Source: Eledone cirrhosa (Eukaryota). Taken from it: a DNA stretch of 64,000 nucleotides. Below are positions 57,101-64,000 of this stretch, in pieces. Every line of letters begins with the position of its first letter. Position 1 is the stretch's first letter. A program made the position numbers and the translations under genes. The stretch is taken from the NCBI GenBank assembly GCA_964016885.1, contig OZ024758.1, positions 39,556,001 through 39,620,000 on the forward strand, in the 5' to 3' direction. The notes under the pieces are model-generated. The model saw only the letters and a list, made by a program, of their open reading frames with translations. It searched no databases and was not told the DNA's origin.

Positions 57101-60100
57101 AACTTAAATGAATTCTCACCAACAGTGGAGTTACTTCTGACAGCTAATACCATGAACTTAAATGAATTCTCACCAACAGTAGAGTTCCTTCTGACAGCTC
57201 ATACCATGAACTTAAATGAATTCTCACCAACATTGGAGTTACTTCTGACAGTTAGTACCATGAACTTAAATGAATTCTCACCAACAGTGGAGTTACTTCT
57301 GACAGCTAATACCATGAACTTAAATTAATTCTCACCAACAGTGGAGTTCCTTCTGACAGCTAATACCATGAACTTAAATGAATTCTCACCAACATTGGAG
57401 TTACTTCTGACAGCTAGTACCATGACTTAAATGAATTCTCACCAACATTGGAGTTACTTCTGACAGCTAATACCATGAATTAAATGAATTCTCACAGACA
57501 GTGGAGTTACTTCTGACAGCTAGTACCATGAACTTAAATGAATTCTCACCAACAGTGGAGTTACTTCTGACAGCTAATACCATGAACTTAAATGAATTCT
57601 CACCAACAGTGGAGTTACTTCTGACAGCTAGTACCATGAACTTAAATGAATTCTCACCAACTTTGGAGTTACTTCTGACAACTAATACCATGACTTAAAT
57701 GAATTCTCACCAACAGTGGAGTTACTTCTGACAAACTAATACCATGAACTTAAATGAATTCTCACCAACATTGGAGTTACTTCTGACAGCTAGTACCATG
57801 AACTTAAATGAATTCTCACCAACAGTGGAGTTACTTCTGACAGCTAATACCATGAACTTAAATGAATTCTCACCAACAGTAGAGTTCCTTCTGACAGCTC
57901 ATACCATGAACTTAAATGAATTCTCACCAACATTGGAGTTACTTCTGACAGCTAATACCATGACTTAAATGAATTCTCACCAACAGTGAAGTTACTTCTG
58001 ACAACTAGTACCATGAACTTAAATGAATTCTCACCAACAGTGGAGTTACTTCTGACAAACTAATACCATGAACTTAAATGAATTCTCACCAACAGTGGAG
58101 TTACTTCTGACAGCTAGTACCATGAACTTAAATGAATTCTCACCAACAGTGGAGTTACTTCTGACAGCTAGTACCATGACTTAAATGAATTCTCACCAAC
58201 AATGGAGTTACTTCTGACAGCTAATACCATGACTTAAATGAATTCTCACCAACAGTGGAGTTACTTCTGACAGCTAATACCATGAACTTAAATGAATTCT
58301 CACCAACAGTGGAGTTACTTCTGACAGCTAATACCATGAACTTAAATGAATTCTCACCAACAGTGGAGTTACTTCTGACAGCTAATACCATGAACTTAAA
58401 TGAATTCTCACCAACATTGGAGTTACTTCTGACAACTAATACCATGACTTAAATGAATTCTCACCAACAGTGGAGTTACTTCTGACAGCTAGTACCATGA
58501 ACTTAAATGAATTCTCACCAACATTGGAGTTACTTCTGACAACTAATACCATGACTTAAATGAATTCTCACCAACAGTGGAGTTACTTCTGACAACTAAT
58601 ACCATGAACTTAAATGAATTCTCACCAACAGTGGAGTTACTTCTGACAACTAGTACCATGAACTTAAATGAATTCTCACCAACAGTGGAGTTACTTCTGA
58701 CAGCTAATACCATGAACTTAAATGAATTCTCACCAACAGTGGAGTTCCTTCTGACAGCTAATACCATGAACTTAAATGAATTCTCACCAACAATGGAGTT
58801 ACTTCTGACAGCTAGTACCATGAACTTAAATGAATTCTCACCAACAGTGGAGTTACTTCTGACAGCTAGTACCATGAACTTAAATGAATTCTCACCAACA
58901 GTGGAGTTACTTCTGACAGCTAGTACCATGAACTTAAATGAATTCTCAGAAACAGTGGAGTTACTTCTGACAGCTAGTACCATGAACTTAAATGAATTCT
59001 CACCAACATTGGAGTTACTTCTGACAACTAATACCATGATTTAAATTAATTCTCACCAACAGTGGAGTTACTTCTGACAACTAATACCATGAACTTAACT
59101 GAATTCTCACCAACAGTGGAGTTACTTCTGACAGCTAGTACCATGAACTTAAATGAATTCTCACCAACAGTGGAGTTACTTCTGACAGCTAGTACCATGA
59201 ACTTAAATGAATTCTCACCAACAGTGGAGTTACTTCTGACAGCTAATACCATGAACTTAAATGAATTCTCACCAACAGTGGAGTTCCTTCTGACAGCTAA
59301 TAGCATGAACTTAACTGAATTCTCACCAACAGTGGAGTTACTTCTGACAGCTAGTACCATGAACTTAACTGAATTCTCACCAACAGTGGAGTTACTTCTG
59401 ACAGCTAGTACCATGAACTTAAATGAATTCTCACCAAAAGTGGAGTTACTTCTGACAGCTAATACCATGAACTTAAATGAATTCTAACCAACAGTGGAGT
59501 TCCTTCTGACAGCTAATACCATGAACTTAAATGAATTCTCACCAACATTGGAGTTACTTCTGACAGCTAGTACCATGACTTAAATGAATTCTCACCAACA
59601 TTGGAGTTACTTCTGACAGCTAATACCATGACTTAAATGAATTCTCACCAACAGTGGAGTTACTTCTGACAGCTAGTACCATGAACTTAAATGAATTCTC
59701 ACCAACAGTGGAGTTACTTCTGACAGCTAATACCATGAACTTAAATGAATTCTCACCAACAGTGGAGTTACTTCTGACAGCTAGTACCATGAACTTAAAT
59801 GAATTCTCACCAACATTGGAGTTACTTCTGACAGCTAATACCATGACTTAAATGAATTCTCACCAACAGTGGAGTTACTTCTGACAAACTAATACCATGA
59901 ACTTAAATGAATTCTCACCAACAGTGGAGTTACTTCTGACAGCTAGTACCATGAACTTAAATGAATTCTCACCAACAGTGGAGTTACTTCTGACAGCTAG
60001 TACCTTGAACTTAAATGAATTCTCACCAACAGTGGAGTTACTTCTGACAGCTAATACCATGAACTTAAATGAATTCTCACCAACAGTGGAGTTACTTCTG

Positions 60101-60644
60101 ACAGCTAATACCATGAACTTAAATGAATTCTCACCAACAGTGGAGTTACTTCTGACAGCTAATACCATGAACTTAAATGAATTCTCACCAACATTGGAGT
60201 TACTTCTGACAACTAATACCATGACTTAAATGAATTCTCACCAACAGTGGAGTTACTTCTGACAGCTAGTACCATGAACTTAAATGAATTCTCACCAACA
60301 TTGGAGTTACTTCTGACAACTAATACCATGACTTAAATGAATTCTCATCAACAGTGGAGTTACTTCTGACAGCTAGTACCATGAACTTAAATGAATTCTC
60401 AGAAACAGTGGAGTTACTTCTGACAGCTAGTACCATGAACTTAAATGAATTCTCACCAACATTGGAGTTACTTCTGACAACTAATACCATGATTTAAATT
60501 AATTCTCACCAACAGTGGAGTTACTTCTGACAACTAATACCATGAACTTAACTGAATTCTCACCAACAGTGGAGTTACTTCTGACAGCTAGTACCATGAA
60601 CTTAAATGAATTCTCACCAACAGTGGAGTTACTTCTGACAGCTA
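52962..60644. repeat. Near-perfect tandem duplication, 3822-bp unit (71 monomers), 2 copies
   Basis: Private variants CACAGACAG (53671/57493), GTGAAG (~54164/57986), CCAAAAG (~55612/59434) and ACCTTG (~56180/60002), and ORF pairs 53222/57044, 54721/58543 and 56053/59875, are offset by 3822. Confidence 0.95.
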
Positions 60645-63600
60645 ATACCATGAACTTAAATGAATTCTCACCAACAGTGGTGTTCCTTCTGACAGCTAAT
60701 AGCATGAACTTAACTGAATTCTCACCAACAGTGGAGTTACTTCTGACAGCTAGTACCATGAACTTAACTGAATTCTCACCAACAGTGGAGTTACTTCTGA
60801 CAGCTAGTACCATGAACTTAAATGAATTCTCACCAACAGTGGAGTTACTTCTGACAGCTAATACCATGAACTTAAATGAATTCTAACCAACAGTGGAGTT
60901 CCTTCTGACAGCTAATACCATGAACTTAAATGAATTCTCACCAACATTGGAGTTACTTCTGACAGCTAGTACCATGACTTAAATGAATTCTCACCAACAT
61001 TGGAGTTACTTCTGACAGCTAATACCATGACTTAAATGAATTCTCACCAACAGTGGAGTTACTTCTGACAGCTAGTACCATGAACTTAAATGAATTCTCA
61101 CCAACAGTGGAGTTACTTCTGACAGCTAATACCATGAACTTAAATGAATTCTCACCAACAGTGGAGTTACTTCTGACAGCTAGTACCATGAACTTAAATG
61201 AATTCTCACCAACATTGGAGTTACTTCTGACAGCTAATACCATGACTTAAATGAATTCTCACCAACAGTGGAGTTACTTCTGACAAACTAATACCATGAA
61301 CTTAAATGAATTCTCACCAACAGTGGAGTTACTTCTGACAGCTAGTACCATGAACTTAAATGAATTCTCACCAACAGTGGAGTTACTTCTGACAGCTAAT
61401 ACCATGAACTTAAATGAATTCTCACCAACAGTGGAGTTACTTCTGACAGCTAATACCATGAACTTAAATGAATTCTCACCAACATTGGAGTTACTTCTGA
61501 CAGCTAGTACCATGAACTTAAATGAATTCTCACCAACAGTGGAGTTACTTCTGACAGCTAATACCATGAACTTAAATGAATTCTCACCAACAGTAGAGTT
61601 CCTTCTGACAGCTAATACCATGAACTTAAATGAATTCTCACCAACATTGGAGTTACTTCTGACAGCTAATACCATGACTTAAATGAATTCTCACCAACAG
61701 TAGAGTTACTTCTGACAGCTAATACCATGAACTTAAATGAATTCTCACCAACAGTGGAGTTACTTCTGACAGCTAATACCATGAACTTAAATGAATTCTC
61801 ACCAACAGTGGAGTTACTTCTGACAGCTAGTACCATGAACTTAAATGAATTCTCACCAACATTGGAGTTACTTCTGACAACTAATACCATGACTTAAATG
61901 AATTCTCACCAACAGTGGAGTTACTTCTGACAAACTAATACCATGAACTTAAATGAATTCTCACCAACAGTGGAGTTACTTCTGACAGCTAGTACCATGA
62001 ACTTAAATGAATTCTCACCAACAGTGGAGTTACTTCTGACAGCTAGTACCATGACTTAAATGAATTCTCACCAACAATGGAGTTACTTCTGACAGCTAAT
62101 ACCATGACTTAAATGAATTCTCACCAACAGTGGAGTTACTTCTGACAGCTAATACCATGAACTTAAATGAATTCTCACCAACAGTGGAGTTACTTCTGAC
62201 AGCTAGTACCATGAACTTAAATGAATTCTCACCAACATTGGAGTTACTTCTGACAACTAATACCATGACTTAAATGAATTCTCACCAACAGTGGAGTTAC
62301 TTCTGACAACTAATACCATGAACTTAAATGAATTCTCACCAACAGTGGAGTTACTTCTGACAACTAGTACCATGAACTTAAATGAATTCTCACCAACAGT
62401 GGAGTTACTTCTGACAGCTAATACCATGAACTTAAATGAATTCTCGCCAACAGTGGAGTTCCTTCTGACAGCTAATACCATGAACTTAAATGAATTCTCA
62501 CCAACAGTGGAGTTCCTTCTGACAGCTAATACCATGAACTTAAATGAATTCTCACCAACATTGGAGTTACTTCTGACAGCTAGTACCATGAACTTAAATG
62601 AATTCTCACCAACAGTGGAGTTACTTCTGACAGCTAATACCATGAACTTAAATGAATTCTCACCAACATTGGAGTTACTTCTGACAGCTAGTACCATGAA
62701 CTTAAATGAATTCTCACCAACAGTGGAGTTACTTCTGACAGCTAATACCATGAACTTAAATGAATTCTCACCAACAGTGGCGTTCCTTCTGACAGCTAGT
62801 ACCATGAACTTAAATGAATTCTCACCAACAGTGGAGTTACTTCTGACAGCTAGTACCATCAACTTAAATGAATTCTCACCAACATTGGAGTTACTTCTGA
62901 CAACTAATACCATGACTTAAATGAATTCTCACCAACAGTGGAGTTAATTCTGACAACTAATACCATGAACTTAAATGAATTCTCACCAACAGTGGAGTTA
63001 CTTCTGACAGCTAGTACCATGAACTTAAATGAATTCTCACCAACAGTGGAGTTACTTCTGACAGCTAATACCATGAACTTAAATGAATTCTCACCAACAG
63101 TGGAGTTACTTCTGACAGCTAATACCATGAACTTAAATGAATTCTCACCAACAGTGGAGTTACTTCTGACAGCTAATACCATGAACTTAAATGAATTCTC
63201 ACCAACAGTGGAGTTACTTCTGACAGCTAATACCATGAACTTAAATGAATTCTCACCAACATTGGAGTGACTTCTGACAGCTAATACCATGAACTTAAAT
63301 GAATTCTCACCAACATTGGAGTTACTTCTGACAGCTAGTACCATGAACTTAAATGAATTCTCACCAACAGTGGAGTGACTTCTGACAGCTAATACCATGA
63401 ACTTAAATGAATTCTCACCAACATTGGAGTGACTTCTGACAGCTAATACCATGAACTTAAATGAATTCTCACCAACAGTGGAGTTACTTCTGACAGCTAA
63501 TACCATGAACTTAAATGAATTCTCACCAACATTGGAGTTACTTCTGACAGCTAGTACCATGAACTTAAATGAATTCTCACCAACAGTGGGGTTACTTCTG

Positions 63601-64000
63601 ACAGCTAGTACCATGAACTTAAATGAATTCTCACCAACATTGGAGTTACTTCTGACAGTTAGTACCATGAACTTAAATGAATTCTCACCAACAGTGGAGT
63701 TACTTCTGACAGCTAATACCATGAACTTAAATTAATTCTCACCAACAGTGGAGTTCCTTCTGACAGCTAATACCATGAACTTAAGTGAATTCTCACCAAC
63801 ATTGGAGTTACTTCTGACAGCTAGTACCATGACTTAAATGAATTCTCACCAACATTGGAGTTACTTCTGACAGCTAATACCATGAATTAAATGAATTCTC
63901 ACCAACAGTGGAGTTACTTCTGACAGCTAGTACCATGAACTTAAATGAATTCTCACCAACAGTGGAGTTACTTCTGACAGCTAATACCATGAACTTAAAT

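Larger units (their letters stand above)
1..64000. repeat. 54-bp tandem satellite DNA array (EcoRI-site monomer), ~1,185-1,190 head-to-tail copies, truncated by both window ends
   Basis: Consensus ATGAACTTAAATGAATTCTCACCAACAGTGGAGTTACTTCTGACAGCTA(A/G)TACC recurs every 53-55 bp from position 1 to 64000 (e.g. ATG at 17, 71, 125, 179). Monomers differ from consensus at only about 0-4 positions. No inversion or non-satellite insertion seen. Confidence 0.99.
49403..64000. repeat. Large duplication: ~49403-53071 repeated at ~60332-64000 (offset 10929 = 7107 + 3822), running off the window
   Basis: ORF pairs 49570/60499, 50345/61274, 51328/62257 and 51975/62904. Private variants TTCTCGCC, ACCATCAAC, GAGTTAATTC and TTAAGTG are present in both copies. 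I noticed only two differences (52391 G/63320 A; 52784 A/63713 C). Confidence 0.95.

Noticed and set aside
211-63722. Minus-strand ORFs encoding (MVLAVRSNSTVGENSFKF)n, up to 313 aa
   Set aside because: They follow from a 54-bp (18-codon) unit. About two stop-free frames out of six is expected by chance for so short a unit. Frames are broken every few hundred bp by recurrent 1-bp indels and by stop-creating variants (TTCTAACC, GCTCAT). There is no unique N- or C-terminal domain and no synonymous bias overall.
233-63735. Plus-strand ORFs encoding (MNLNEFSPTVELLLTA[N/S]T)n, superficially like a leucine-rich repeat protein
   Set aside because: The common GTGAC variant introduces in-frame TGA, the commonest polymorphisms are non-synonymous (N/S, V/L, L/F, A/T), frameshifts are pervasive, and the unit does not fit the LxxLxLxxN LRR consensus.
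1-64000. CRISPR array or other repeat-spacer system
   Set aside because: There are no unique spacers: the entire 54 bp is repeated with only scattered SNPs, and no cas or other genes are present.
1-64000. Variant pattern as a combinatorial code or antigenic-variation cassette library
   Set aside because: The order of variants is explained by nested tandem duplication and whole-monomer indels. There is no expression site, recombinase, reverse transcriptase or cassette boundary in the window.
1-64000. Telomeric repeat, rDNA/5S, tRNA, snRNA or spliced-leader RNA gene array
   Set aside because: There is no G-rich strand-biased short telomere motif. The unit is too short for these RNA gene repeats and shows no recognisable RNA gene, A/B box or poly-T terminator.
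1-64000. Synthetic concatemer or rolling-circle amplification artefact (EcoRI site in every unit)
   Set aside because: Hierarchically shared variants across many duplication scales indicate evolutionary descent rather than copying of one template. Individual perfect duplications could still be assembly artefacts.
1-64000. Embedded transposon, inversion or CENP-B box
   Set aside because: I saw no non-satellite segment or strand switch on reading through. The CENP-B box needs two CpGs, which the monomer lacks.

Overview
The whole 64 kb window is one uninterrupted head-to-tail tandem array (satellite DNA) of a 54-bp monomer, consensus ATGAACTTAAATGAATTCTCACCAACAGTGGAGTTACTTCTGACAGCTA(A/G)TACC. 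It is about 37-39% GC, has no CpG in the consensus, and carries one EcoRI site per unit. There are roughly 1,185-1,190 copies, all in one orientation, and the array runs off both ends. I saw no unique sequence, genuine gene, RNA gene, transposon or CRISPR array. The ORF track is an artefact: the monomer is exactly 18 codons and stop-free in one frame on each strand, and recurrent 1-bp indel monomers break the frames every few hundred bp. The real structure lies in the ordered pattern of monomer variants. These define (i) two sub-domains with different variant sets, switching at about 17.3-18.2 kb; (ii) a loose ~2 kb higher-order repeat; and (iii) nested, near-identical tandem duplications with periods of 377, 485, 700, 807, 1617, 2099, 2637, 3066, 3822, 3931, ~4.8 kb and 7107/10929 bp, some of which can be ordered in time. 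This looks like a young, actively expanding eukaryotic satellite, possibly centromeric or pericentromeric. The organism and function cannot be determined from the sequence alone, and I find no evidence of a novel protein-coding system. Duplication periods come from offsets between matching rare variants and ORF-track coordinates; boundaries were read by eye and are approximate.
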